Assembly (NCBI GenBank): GCA_048213135.1
Contig: PS015126.1
Location: forward strand, 62,001 to 93,140
DNA: 31,140 nt
From: Reclinomonas americana ATCC 50394
Taxonomy: Eukaryota
Reading direction: 5' to 3'
Part shown: piece after piece, positions 12,111-23,420 of the stretch
How the letters are laid out: every line of letters begins with the position of its first letter
Numbering within the stretch: the first letter of the stretch is position 1
The notes under the pieces: model-generated
What the model saw: only the letters and a program-made list of their open reading frames with translations
What the model was told of the DNA's origin: nothing
The model's database searches: none
Made by a program: the position numbers and the translations under genes

Positions 12111-12771
12111 AAGAGAGGCAAGAGAGAGTGTGCGGGCAGGACACTTTTGATTCCTGTCTCTCACGCAATCACGTGCGCGGTGGTTGGCTTCATCAGCATC
12201 GGCGAGATGGTGTGTATGTGTGCGTGGTGCTGTGGTGGGAGCGTATGCATGTGGCTCACGTTGTGGTGGTGAAAAGGGGCGCCAGTGGCGGAGCATTTGC
12301 TGGAGTTCCTCGCGGAGAAATGGGAGAGGTTGTTGTTTGGAATCGGGCGAAGGAGAAGCCGGCGGTGAGAGGGGATGAAAGGGAAGGGCGGGGAGGAGAA
12401 GGAGGGGGGAAAGGGGAGAAAGGAGAGAGAGAATACACGCATGTTATGTGTGCGTGAGAGAGTGAAAGTGTGAGTGTGTGGAAGCAGGTGTGTGCGTGAA
12501 GAGCAACGGCCTCTCTCTCTTTGTGCGTGGGGAGAGCAGTTGTATCTTTGCATTGCTTCTCAGCTTGCTTGTGTCGATGAGAAGAAAGAGTTCTTATCGT
12601 GATTTTCCGACGAGAAGCTCATTCGATGAAAAGAAGAGAGCGCTATGTGCATGTCCACGCAGAAGAGAAGAGAATGCCCGTGGTTGTCGAGACGTGTGTC
12701 AAGAATGCAACTGGAGATTCCCTTGTTCTGCAAGAGAGAAGACCACAGCAAGAGAGCAGGGGAGTGAGTCT

Positions 12772-12823
12772 GTGAGGGTGAGGGTGAGGGTGAGGGTGTG
12801 AGGGTGAGGGTGAGGGTGAGGGT
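12772..12823 (+). repeat. (TGAGGG)n telomere-variant-like hexamer tract running into an assembly gap
   Basis: About 8 copies of tgaggg with one tg slip, then Ns from 12824. Confidence 0.85.
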
Positions 12824-13216
12824 NNNNNNNNNNNNNNNNNNNNNNNNNNNNNNNNNNNNNNNNNNNNNNNNNNNNNNNNNNNNNNNNNNNNNNNNNNNNN
12901 NNNNNNNNNNNNNNNNNNNNNNNNNNNNNNNNNNNNNNNNNNNNNNNNNNNNNNNNNNNNNNNNNNNNNNNNNNNNNNNNNNNNNNNNNNNNNNNNNNNN
13001 NNNNNNNNNNNNNNNNNNNNNNNNNNNNNNNNNNNNNNNNNNNNNNNNNNNNNNNNNNNNNNNNNNNNNNNNNNNNNNNNNNNNNNNNNTGCGAGCTGAT
13101 TTTTGATGAGTGCGTGTTTTTAGGGGGGAGGGGGAGAGGGAGAGACAATGCATTTTAGACTTGTTTTTCTTTCATACTTACTTTCATACTTACTTTCATC
13201 TCTTCTCCTCACACAG

Positions 13217-15575
13217 AACGCGCTGCTGAGCTTGTTGATTCTGCACGGGAATTTGCCTCAGTTGTGACATTGTCATATGCATTACTTTGGTCGCTCCGGA
13301 TGTCGCGCTCTCTGATGTTGTGCTTGGCGAGAATGTTGCGAGCTGATTGTGATTTCAGACCAGCGAGTGGCTCACCTCTTTGTTTTTTTGTAGGTCCTGC
13401 TGCATGGAGCGCGTGCGAACTTTATTCATGTTGACATGAGCGCTGGTGTGTTAATGCGAGTTGATGACGTCTCTCAGTCTCTCTCAGTCTCTCTCTCACT
13501 CTCTCTCTCTCTCAGTCTCTCTCTCAGTCTCTCTCTCTCTTTCAGTCTCTCTCAGTCTCTCTCTCTCTCAGTCTCTTTCAGTCTCTCTTTCTCTCAGTCT
13601 CATTCTCTCAGTCTCTCTCTCAGTCTCTCTCTCAATCTCTCTCTGTCTCTCTCTCAGTCTCTCTCTATCTCCCTCTCAGTCTCTCAGTCTCTCTCTCGGT
13701 CTCTCAGTCTCAGTCTCTCTCTCAGTCTCTCTCTGTCTCTTTCTCAGTCTCTCTCTCAGTCTCTCTCTCAGTCTCTCTCTCAGTCTCTCTCTCTGTCTCT
13801 CTTTCTCTCTCTGTCTCTCTTTCTCTCTCAGTCTCTCTTTCTCTCTCAGTCTCTCTCTCAGTCTCTCTTTGTCCCTCTCTGTCTTTCTCTCTCTTCCGCT
13901 CTCTCTCTCTCTCTCTCAGTCTCTCTCTCAGTCTCTCTCTCGGTCTCTCGGTCTCTCTCAGTCTCTTTCTCTGTCTCTCTTTCTCTCTCAGTCTCAGTCT
14001 CTCTTCTTTCTCTCTCTCTCAGCTACTCTCTCTTTTTCTCTCTCAGAGACTGAGAGAGACTCTCTCTGTTTCTCTCAGTCTCTCTCAGTCTCTCGGTCAT
14101 TAGTTTTCCCGTTCCCTCCCTTCCCTACGTGCTTTTTTTCTTTGCGAAACGAACATCGCTGAATGTGTTTCCATGTATCAGATCTTCGTCTGCAGTCACT
14201 GCCGTCATTGACATCCTCCACGCGTGTTGCACTCTGCTTCTCTCTTCTCCTTGTTGCCTGTTCCTCCTCTGTCTCTCCCTCTCAGCCTACCTTGCCTTAC
14301 CATCTCTCGCACTCAGTTTCCACTCTCTCTCTCTCTCAGTCTCTCAGTCTCTCTCCCTCTTGTCTCCTTCTTCTCCCTTCCTTTCCCCTCTTTCTGCGCT
14401 GACTCCGACATCCTCAGTATCGCCGACCAACACCGAGTCCATGGCGGATTTGTACATCGCGCTGGGTGTGAGTGCGCGATACTTCTCCTCGCTCGTGTTT
14501 GGGAGGCCAGAGGCCGCCGCCTCCAAGATGCTGGCCACCTTCACCTCGGTACGTACATGTCCAAGTGTGCGCTGTTAACGTGTTGATTTCTGACAAAGCG
14601 TGCAGGGCCCACTCGAGGCGTTTGAGACGGTGAAACCGATTCTGGCTGCATTCACACGCGTGCAGCACCATGTGGGCGAGGTAAGTGGGTGAGGGATTGA
14701 TGTGGTTGATGGAAGGCTCATGGTGTGGATACGAGCTTGTCCAACGTCGTCAAGCGCTGACCGACAACTACATGATCATTGGGTCCATGCAAGTGATTTC
14801 GGAAGGTGAGACTGTCAATCGAACCCTTTGCCTTTGCTGTCACCTTTTTCTCCTACTCTTGCTTCGCTCTTCATGTGCCTTGCCCTTGCCATCGCGCTCA
14901 CATGTTGACGTCGCACACATCCGTGACAATGATCTGTCGCCTTTTCTCTTTCTGCTCACCATCACACTCCGTTGTCGCGCCCACATCCACCATCTTGGTC
15001 GGTTCCTTTTGCTTTTATGTTCCAGATCCCGCTCTGCCCTTGCCGTCACACTCTTCACACCTGTCGCCTTTTCTCTCTCTGCTCCCATGTATACTGTCCA
15101 TTCCATCCCACATGTCGCCTTTCCTCTTGATGCGCTTCGCGTCATCGCACTTTCTTCCTCCCTTCACACAGCCATGACCATGGCCGACGCCAATGGCCTC
15201 CATCGCGCTTCGATCATTGACACGGTGTTCACTGCGCGCCGGTGCTCCGGGGCTAGGCGGGGCGCATGGCGCGGGATCAGTTCAAGCCTCGTGTGGGGTG
15301 GTGATGGACGAGGAGTGCTGATTTCCCGTTGTGCAGTGCGGGGTTTGCGGCACCGCTGGGGTTGAAGAATGCGAGGTTGGTGAAGGAGTTGGAGGAGAAG
15401 GGGCGTGGAATGAGGAGAAGGCAGTGCAGTGAGCAACGAGAGAAGAGTGGGGCAATGTAGAAGTCCTGTTTGCTGCGCAGGTAGATCCCGAGCTGGATTG
15501 GTCGGCCATCATCATGCAAGTGCGCGAGAGACGGCTGGTATTCCACCGATGGCTGAGGAGCTGCGACCGCGTTAG
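13217..15575 (+). pseudogene. Intron-containing pseudogene of an NAD(P)-dependent beta-hydroxyacid dehydrogenase (3-hydroxyisobutyrate/6-phosphogluconate dehydrogenase-like family)
   Basis: Exons 13217-13334 (AELVDSAREFA/SCDIVICIT..DVALSDVVLGEN), 13394-13445 (LLHGARANFIHVDMSA), 14418-14548 (VSPTNTESMA..YFSSLVFGRPEAAASKML), 14606-14680 (GPLEAFETVKPILAAFTRVQHHVGE), ~14737-14805 (SNVVK/LTDNYMIIGSMQVISE), 15172-~15290 (AMTMADANGL..FTA/PVLRG*AGRMARDQFKP), 15337-~15400 (AGFAAPLGLKNARLV), 15481-15575 (DPELDWSAIIMQVRE/TAGI). At least 4 frameshifts, an in-frame TAG at 15254-15256, and damaged splice sites. The GxGxMG N-terminus was not seen. Confidence 0.88.
13470..14095 (+). repeat. Degenerate (CT)n/CTCAGT low-complexity tract inside a pseudogene intron
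   Basis: Repeated tctctcagtctctc; the same repeat type occurs at about 20640-20800 and, reverse-complemented, at about 15820-16008. Confidence 0.9.
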
Positions 15576-15889
15576 GGGGAGTGGGATGTTGATGGACGAG
15601 AATGAAGATCGCTCGTTGTGATGAAGTGAACGGCTGAGGAAACAGTTCACTTTGCCATGAGATGGAGTATAAAGCAAGGAACGGACATAAAGTTGCACTA
15701 TGCGCGTGAAACCAAGGCAATCACAGTGCAATCAGGGCAACATATGGGAAGTGGGGTGATGCTGGTATTCACAATCCAGACCACCCGGTGCAATGGAAAT
15801 TATTTATGAGAGACAACTAAGAGAGACTGAGAGAGATTGGGAGACTGAGAGAGAAGGAGAGATACTGAGAGAGAGACTGAGAGAGAGAC

Positions 15890-15920
<31 letters not shown>

Positions 15921-16509
15921 GAAAGAGAGAGAGAGAGAGAGACTGAGAGACTGAGAGAGAAAGAAAGAGACTCAGAGAGAGAGAGAGACTAGAGAGAGAG
16001 AGAGAGAGNNNNNNNNNNNNNNNNNNNNNNNNNNNNNNNNNNNNNNNNNNNNNNNNNNNNNNNNNNNNNNNNNNNNNNNNNNNNNNNNNNNNNNNNNNNN
16101 NNNNNNNNNNNNNNNNNNNNNNNNNNNNNNNNNNNNCGCACGGGAGATGATGGACAATCCAAGGAGGAAAGAGAGAGGAGATCTGGGGACGGAGAAAAGA
16201 GAAACAGCGCGACGACAGATAGATATGGCATGGTTGCGTTGATAAAGCACTCTCTCTCCCTTGGAGTGGCTGCTCATGCTCAACAACGAGTGAGAATCAT
16301 CCGAGGTCTCGAAAACAGCTTGGTGAGCAGAGCGTCGCCAACTTCCGTTCATTGGTGATTGGCTTGAGTCATCGAATCTTTCTTGTGCTTGCTTGGTGTG
16401 TGTTTGGTGTGTGTGTGTGTGTGTGTATGTGTGTGTGTGTGTGTGTGTTCTCTGCGACGTGCTTCTGATCACAGTGATTCCTCACGTGCACAGCTTTCCT
16501 CTCAGCAAA

Positions 16510-16784
16510 ATGTACGATTCGGCTTTCCCTGCCTTGCCGGCAGCCTCCACTCTCCCCCCCTCGCTGTCGTGTGTGCTGCGGGTAAAGAGTGGAGACAGAG
16601 AGGAGAAGGCGGTGGGACGGATGGAGTATGACGTCAATGCAACGCGCAGGGAGTTGATTGGTGGCTTGCACACAAGGGGTTGGCCGACTTCGCTCCTCCC
16701 TGTTGGTGGAGACATCAGGTGCGTCGGTGTGACTGGCAGTTCTATGCGCTGTCCCTCTCCGGCGAGAATGGAAGAGAGAGAGAG

Positions 16785-16817
<33 letters not shown>

Positions 16818-19800
16818 TGAGAGAGATGAGAGAGATAAGAGAGGGAGAGAGATGTGAGAGATGAGAGAGAGATGAGAGAGAGAAAGGGCAAGAGATGAGA
16901 GAGAGATGAGAGAGATGAGATGCATGTCGGGCATTTCATCGTGTCCTTGTGGCGAACGCCAGCACCTCGAGCTCTTGGAGTCTCGTGCTCTCCTCCCGCT
17001 CTCCTCACCATTCATGGCCTCTTTCTCTCAGTTCCACCCACCGCCATTCGCGCCAACTTCGCATTGGTGGCCATCGCCTCGCCCTTCGCGGCGGTGGCTG
17101 CGGAGCCTCGCGCCCTGTCCACTCTGCCGATGTGCCACCGGCCTCCAACTACGCTGTTCCACCTGTTTCCGTCCAACCCGTGGCGGCGGCGATTGAGGAA
17201 CCAGCAGTAGTGGCTCCGGCTGTTCCTCGCATGTCGCCTCTGCAGCTAAAGATTCAAGCTCTTCACGAGGCCAACACCATGAAGACCGTGCTCCCGCTGG
17301 CCAACGATCCGAGCAACCTCTCCACCCTGGAATGCCTCGTTTCGTTGAATTTGGGAAGGAAAGAATGTGGGTGAGGTCTCTCGTCTGACACGCTCTCCTC
17401 CCCCAGGTTCCTCTGTGGGCCAACCAGACCACAGCTGAGGCTGACTCGGCGGGCGGTCGTGCCACTGCGCAGCTGGCCGACGACATGTTGGTCAAGTTTG
17501 TCAGTCGCGAGAAGCCTACGGATAAGGTACGGCGGTGGACGCTCAGAATGCACAGGCCTCTTCTGCGTCTTTCTGGGTTCTTAACGCACTGCTTCCTCTG
17601 TCTTCATCTTTATCTCTCCCTCCTTCATGTGCCCTTATTTGCAGTTTCTCTCTCTCTTTTCGTCCTCACTCCTCTTTTGCTGATGCCCATCTCTTTCCAG
17701 TTCCCATTTTCTCTCCCTCTCAACTCTCTTCTATCTCTTGTCTCAGTCTCTTCTCTCCCTTTTCTCTCCCTTTTCTCTCCCTTTTCTCTCCCTTTTCTCT
17801 CCCTTTTCTCTCCCTTTTCTCTCCCTTTTCTCTCCCTTTTCTCTCTCATGTTCTCTCTCTTCTTCTCCCTTCTCTCTCATTTCTCTCTTTCTTCTCTCCC
17901 CTTCTCTCTCCCTTCTCTCCNNNNNNNNNNNNNNNNNNNNNNNNNNNNNNNNNNNNNNNNNNNNNNNNNNNNNNNNNNNNNNNNNNNNNNNNNNNNNNNN
18001 NNNNNNNNNNNNNNNNNNNNNNNNNNNNNNNNNNNNNNNNNNNNNNNNNNNNNNNNNNNNNNNNNNNNNNNNNNNNNNNNNNNNNNNNNNNNNNNNNNNN
18101 NNNNNNNNNNNNNNNNNNNNNNNNNNNNNNNNNNNNNNNNNNNNNNNNNNNNNNNNNNNNNNNNNNNNNNNNNNNNNNNNNNNNNNNNNNNNNNNNNNNN
18201 NNNNNNNNNNNNNNNNNNNNNNNNNNNNNNNNNNNNNNNNNNNNNNNNNNNNNNNNNNNNNNNNNNNNNNNNNNNNNNNNNNNNNNNNNNNNNNNNNNNN
18301 NNNNNNNNNNNNNNNNNNNNNNNNNNNNNNNNNNNNNNNNNNNNNNNNNNNNNNNNNNNNNNNNNNNNNNNNNNNNNNNNNNNNNNNNNNNNNNNNNNNN
18401 NNNNNNNNNNNNNNNNNNNNNNNNNNNNNNNNNNNNNNNNNNNNNNNNNNNNNNNNNNNNNNNNNNNNNNNNNNNNNNNNNNNNNNNNNNNNNNNNNNNN
18501 NNNNNNNNNNNNNNNNNNNNNNNNNNNNNNNNNNNNNNNNNNNNNNNNNNNNNNNNNNNNNNNNNNNNNNNNNNNNNNNNNNNNNNNNNNNNNNNNNNNN
18601 NNNNNNNNNNNNNNNNNNNNNNNNNNNNNNNNNNNNNNNNNNNNNNNNNNNNNNNNNNNNNNNNNNNNNNNNNNNNNNNNNNNNNNNNNNNNNNNNNNNN
18701 NNNNNNNNNNNNNNNNNNNNNNNNNNNNNNNNNNNNNNNNNNNNNNNNNNNNNNNNNNNNNNNNNNNNNNNNNNNNNNNNNNNNNNNNNNNNNNNNNNNN
18801 NNNNNNNNNNNNNNNNNNNNNNNNNNNNNNNNNNNNNNNNNNCTCTCCTTCTCTCTCTCCCTTTTCTCTCCCTCTCTTCTCCCTTGTCTCTCCCTTCTCT
18901 CTCCCTTCTCTCTCCCTTCTCTCTCCCTTCTCTCTCCCTTCTCTCTCCCTTTTCTCTCCCTTGTCTCTCCCTTTTCTCTCCCTTGTCTCTCCCTTGTCTC
19001 TCCCTTTTCTCTCTCATGTTCTCTCTCTTCTCTCTCCCTTCTCTCTCCCTTTTCTCTCCCTTCTCTCTCCCTTCTCTCTCCCCTCTCTCTCCCTTTTCTC
19101 TCCCTTCTCTCTCCCTTCTCTTCTCCTTCTCTCTCCCTTGTCTCTCCCTTTTCTCTCCCTTTTCTCTCCCTTCTCTCTCCCTTCTCTCTCTCTCTCTTCT
19201 CTCTCTTATCTCTTCCTTCTCTCTCACTATCTCCTTCTCTCTCTATCTCTGTTGTTTGCTCCACCTTTCCCTTCTCCCTTCACCCACATCTCTGTCTCTC
19301 TTTGTCGTTGGTCGTTTCCTCACCGCCTGCTTGTGCCCTGTTCCACTGTCTTTGATTGCACATGTCTTTCGCTGATCTCGCCTGCGTCCTTCTCCTGCNN
19401 NNNNNNNNNNNNNNNNNNNNNNNNNNNNNNNNNNNNNNNNNNNNNNNNNNNNNNNNNNNNNNNNNNNNNNNNNNCTCTCTCCCTTTTCTCTCCTCTCTCT
19501 CCTCTCTCTCCTCTCTCTCCTTCTCTCTCCTTCTCTCCTTCTCTCCTTCTCTCTCCTTCTCTCTCTCTCTCTTCTCTCTCTTATCTCTTCCTTCTCTCTC
19601 ACTATCTCCTTCTCTCTCTATCTCTGTTGTTTGCTCCACCTTTCCCTTCTCCCTTCACCCACATCTCTGTCTCTCTTTGTCGTTGGTCGTTTCCTCACCG
19701 CCTGCTTGTGCCCTGTTCCACTGTCTTTGATTGCACATGTCTTTCGCTGATCTCGCCTGCGTCCTTCTCCTGCACTGCGCTTCAGCTAATAAGTGGGCTC

Positions 19801-22800
19801 TCTTCCAGTCAACACCTATGCTGTCTGTGACCTTCCTCTCCAAGTTGTGGGCATGTTTAATGTTTGCATCCTCGTGCGACACTGCATCATTCTCTTGTGC
19901 GCGATGTGTCGCTCAGCACTCGCTGGCCATTGTGTGCTTCGCAACATCACTGTCTCACGGAATGCGTTTGCGATCAGGTTCTGGTGGTCGCTGGATGGTC
20001 GGGCGGTGGCAAGTCCGTGCTGCTGCGCCAGCTCACCACTCGCCTGCCTGCGCGCAACGACACGCTGGTGTTGTCGGCTCGCCTTCCCGCCATTCCTCGT
20101 GAAGAAGTGCTGCGCAAGCCAGGAGCGCTGCTGCCTTACCTCCTGCGCGAGGCCAACGAGGCCGTGGATGATAAGAAAATGCAAGTGACAGAGGATGAGG
20201 TGAGTATGTTTGTGGTTGGTTGGCATTCAGATTCGTGGTGGTTTGTGTGGAGCTGGGAGCATGATGTTGAGTCTCGAGAAGTTTGCTTGCATGTGTCCCT
20301 GCACATGCATCTTTCTCTCTCTCTGTCTGCTCACGCATTTCACTTCCTATTTTTCTCACTCGACGTCCAGTCTATGTGGAGTCATCTACCTTGCTCTTTC
20401 CCAGCTACTGTCACTTTTGCACATTGTTTTCTCTTGTGATTGTGCATGCTCCACCGCTCTCCCCATTTTCTCTTTGTCTCGCTTTAGGTTGCACAGTCTC
20501 GTCCTCTTTCACATTTTTATCTCTTCCAAAGGTACTGTTTCTGGCCGCTGTGTCCTTTCTCTCCTCCTTTGTTGAGAATACACTTTCTCTCACGCAGTCT
20601 TCTTTCCCCAATGCGCTCCTCTATCGTTCTTGCAAGCATCTCTCTCTCTCTCTCAGTCTCTGTCTCAGTCTCCGTCTCAGTCTCCGTCTCAGTCTCTCTC
20701 TCAGTCTTTCTCTCTCAGTCTTTCTCTCTCAGTCTCTCTCAGTCTCTCTCTCAGTCTCTCTCTCTCTCCGTCTCTCTCTCCGTCTCTCTCTCTCTCTCTC
20801 CGTCTTTTTCTCTCCTCTGGTGCGTCTCTCCCTCTCCCTCTCTCACCACTCGTTCTCTCACTTTCTCTGCCGTCGTGTATCTCCGTTTCCATCTCGCCTC
20901 ACATTTGTCACACCACACAGCTTCGACGCATCAGCACCGTTGTGCTGGTGCTCGACGGATTTGACGAGTGCAGCGAGGCACCAGGCAATCTGTTTGTCAA
21001 CCACGAACTCGATGTTGCGTTGCCATGCCAAGTGGCGTTATGAGCTTGATGCAGTGGAGTGACTCGACTCGCGCAAATCGCGCAGAGCTGGCCCAACGTA
21101 CTGCTGGTGGTGTCGGTGCGACGCGAGTTCATCAGCCGCCTCGGCAACTTTTGGGCTGAAGAGCACTTTGTGCCTGTGGACCCGAAGCTGTCGCGCGCCG
21201 AGCGGCTTTATCAGTCGGAGCGCACGCTTGTGCGATGTATGCTGCGTCTGTTCTCCAAGGACGACATTGATCTCTTTCTGCAAAAGTTGAGTGCCATCGC
21301 TGCTCTGCCCTGCTTGTTCACGTGAGTGCCACATTCATTTTTGTGTGAGCAGGTTTGTGGAGTCACGAGCGGATCACCCTCGCTCATGGGAGCAGTACAA
21401 GCAGCAGATCGAACGCACGCCGGGATTGGATGGACTGGCTTCGTCGGTGAGTCGTTGGTGATGGAAGGAAACAGAGTGCGCTCTGATATCGACGTGAAGA
21501 GTGTTGTACGAGAGCGACAAGAAAAGCGACAGCATAACAAAAGAGTTTCACATGTGCATGCAGTGGCGGCGGTGGTACTGACTTTCCTCATTTTCCCCCG
21601 TTCCACAACAGCCCCTGATGTTGAACATGATTGTTCTGGTAATGGAAGATCTGGAACGGATGCAGTACCGCGATGTTGGCAGTGATGGCACTACGCTCTC
21701 CACAATTCGCGTGACTCGTGCACGGTTGTATGAGGCATTTGCCAAACGCAAACTGCGCTGGGAGTTTGAGCATCACCGAGTGCACGTTCGCAAGGTACGC
21801 CGACAGTTGTTGTTAATTGTGGTGCAGTGAATGCGCCTTCTTACAAGATCATTCTTGCACAGTTGTATGGTGACGAAGAAGCGGAAGAGGATTTCTGCCT
21901 GCGAGTGTGGGACTTTTGCTCAGAGCTTGCTGGAGAGATGATGCAACACTCTTTGGTATCTGTGCGGCTGGGAAAGCTTGAGGTTTGCTGTTCAACATGA
22001 GAAGTGTGCTACACTTCCTGTTCCATCTGCGTGACTCAGCTCACGATCCTTCATTCATCACAGCACACTCAACAAGCTGTCGCGGAGCAGCAAGTGTGGA
22101 ACAAGTGGTTTGATCGTGATGATCCGCTGCAGAACTCCCTCGCTCGTGCTGTTGCGTCTTCATAATGTTCCCTCTCGTTGCGATGCATTCCCTGCGTTCT
22201 GATTCGAGATACGACACAGGCGTTGTTGAAGTGGAGTCGACTCGGAGCATCGCAGCAGCGTGTGGAGTTCATGCACAAATCGGTGCTGGAGTACTTTGCC
22301 GCTCAGTCGTGGCTGGCCGATGTGCGGTTGTTGGCCGATGAGGAGGTGGAGTTGGAGGTGAGCATCGTCGTGCTTCTCTGATCATCCCTGCTGCATGATT
22401 GTCAACCTGCCTCGGTGCAGGATCGACTCGACAGACTATGCTCCAGCTTCACTGGCCAGCGGACACTCCTCACATCGGATGAAGTGAGTACATCCTCTCC
22501 ATCATTCACTCTCACGACATGCGCTCATCCCTTCTTCGCTGGATGCAGGGACTTAATTCTATCCTGTCGTTCGTCGCCGAGCAAGTGCGGTCAGATTCGT
22601 CTCTTCATGACGTACTGTGGAAGGCGATTGCTCTTTCACGCACGGAGGAAAGAGTCGCTTCAGTGTCGTCGAGTGCGGCGAGCGCGCTGTGTCTCGCGGA
22701 GGTGTCGTTCAGTGGGCGAGACCTGTCAGGTGTGCGAATACCCAGTGCGGACTTGAGGGATGCCGTGATGCACAGGACAGTGTGGCGAGGAGCGGATTTG

Positions 22801-22823
22801 CGAGGGGTGAATGTGTGCATGGT
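16510..22823 (+). CDS. NLR-like STAND NTPase: Ubl-like N-terminus ending LALRGG-GCGAS, NACHT domain, winged helix, pentapeptide repeats; truncated by an assembly gap
   Basis: Phase-consistent exons 16510-16718, 17032-17338, 17407-17526, 19978-20199 (Walker A GWSGGGKS), 20921-21013 (Walker B VLVLDGFDE), 21086-21285 (VLLVVSVRREF; LRLFSKDDIDLFL), 21353-21446, 21612-21794 (PLMLNMIV; TRARLYEAF), 21863-21982, 22064-22150, 22220-22357 (FMHKSVLEYFAA), 22421-22483, 22549-22823 (FSGRDLSGVRIPSADLRDAVMHRTVWRGADLRGVN). About 700 aa with no stops or frameshifts. The start codon is uncertain. Confidence 0.9.
17075..17113 (+). other. Ubiquitin-C-terminus-like motif RLALRGG directly followed by an N-myristoylation/palmitoylation-type motif GCGASR
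   Basis: cgc ctc gcc ctt cgc ggc ggt | ggc tgc gga gcc tcg cgc, in frame with exon 1 through a phase-2 intron. Confidence 0.75.
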
Positions 22824-23087
22824 NNNNNNNNNNNNNNNNNNNNCCACTTGCACACCACGATGGAGAGCTACTCCTGCGCATTCTCGGCTCCTTCCTGCCT
22901 GATTTCACCGGCGTGATTTTGTGACAAGACAAACGGGATCTCGTGTAGCAACCCTTAAATGTCCGCCGATTTAACGGATTATGCAGACACGCGTGGACCC
23001 TTGTCCTGTCGTGCATACAATATGCGCCAAGTCGAACTAGGTGCTCGGCGTAAACAATGTGCAAAATGACCTCAGCGATCGGACGAA

Positions 23088-23420
23088 TCACAGTACAGGT
23101 TGTTTGTCGTCGCCGCTGGCTGCATCTATTTCTGATGCAGATGATCTTTGGTCCAGCTGCGCCCCGGTCAAGGGTTTCGTGTCGTATTCTTCGTGGCGAA
23201 GAGATGCCCTCAGTTGCCTGAGATATTCGTCGAGAGTGCGCTCGTCGAGTTCGTTGGCTGGTGAGGGATGTATTTTCGATGCAAGAGATGTCGCTGTATT
23301 CTTACGAGTTCACCTGCGCAGTGGACAGCGAAGATTACATATTCCGCCCGCAGCATCTCCATACAGCACCTGTCCACCACTCGGCGCAGCTGGTTTCTCC
23401 ATGCCCATCTTCTCCAGCGA
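23088..23420 (-). other. Possible orphan 3' end (last two exons) of an unidentified gene
   Basis: ..RRWAWRNQLRRVVDRCCMEMLRAEYVIFAVHCA, a phase-1 GT-AG intron at 23313-23258, then ANELDERTLDEYLRQLRASLRHEEYDTKPLTG..DDKQPVL-TGA (23090-23088). No clean upstream acceptor or start codon, and no recognisable domain. Confidence 0.35.

Noticed and set aside
12480-12770. Short ORF-like sequence (MPVVVETCVKNATGDSLVLQ..) ending at a GTGAGT
   Set aside because: No recognisable similarity and no partner exon visible before the gap
13090-13350. tgcgagctgatt repeated at 13090 and about 13337; short tandem ttcatacttact at about 13171
   Set aside because: Too short and adjacent to a gap; cannot be distinguished from chance or assembly noise
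14170-14225. Possible VIDIST-like exon for the dehydrogenase
   Set aside because: Exon 13394-13445 (FIHVDMSA) fits the family motif and phase better
15254-15256. In-frame TAG at a conserved Tyr position, suggesting stop-codon reassignment
   Set aside because: It lies in a gene with several frameshifts; the roughly 2700 codons of the two intact genes need no reassigned stops
19185-19773. Apparently exact ~215 bp direct duplication (about 19185-19398 and 19560-19773)
   Set aside because: The copies flank an N gap; most likely unmerged overlapping contig ends rather than biology
13436-19830. Long SL-, RE- and PF-rich ORFs and ORFs spanning N runs
   Set aside because: Artefacts of stop-free (CT)n/(GA)n tracts and gaps
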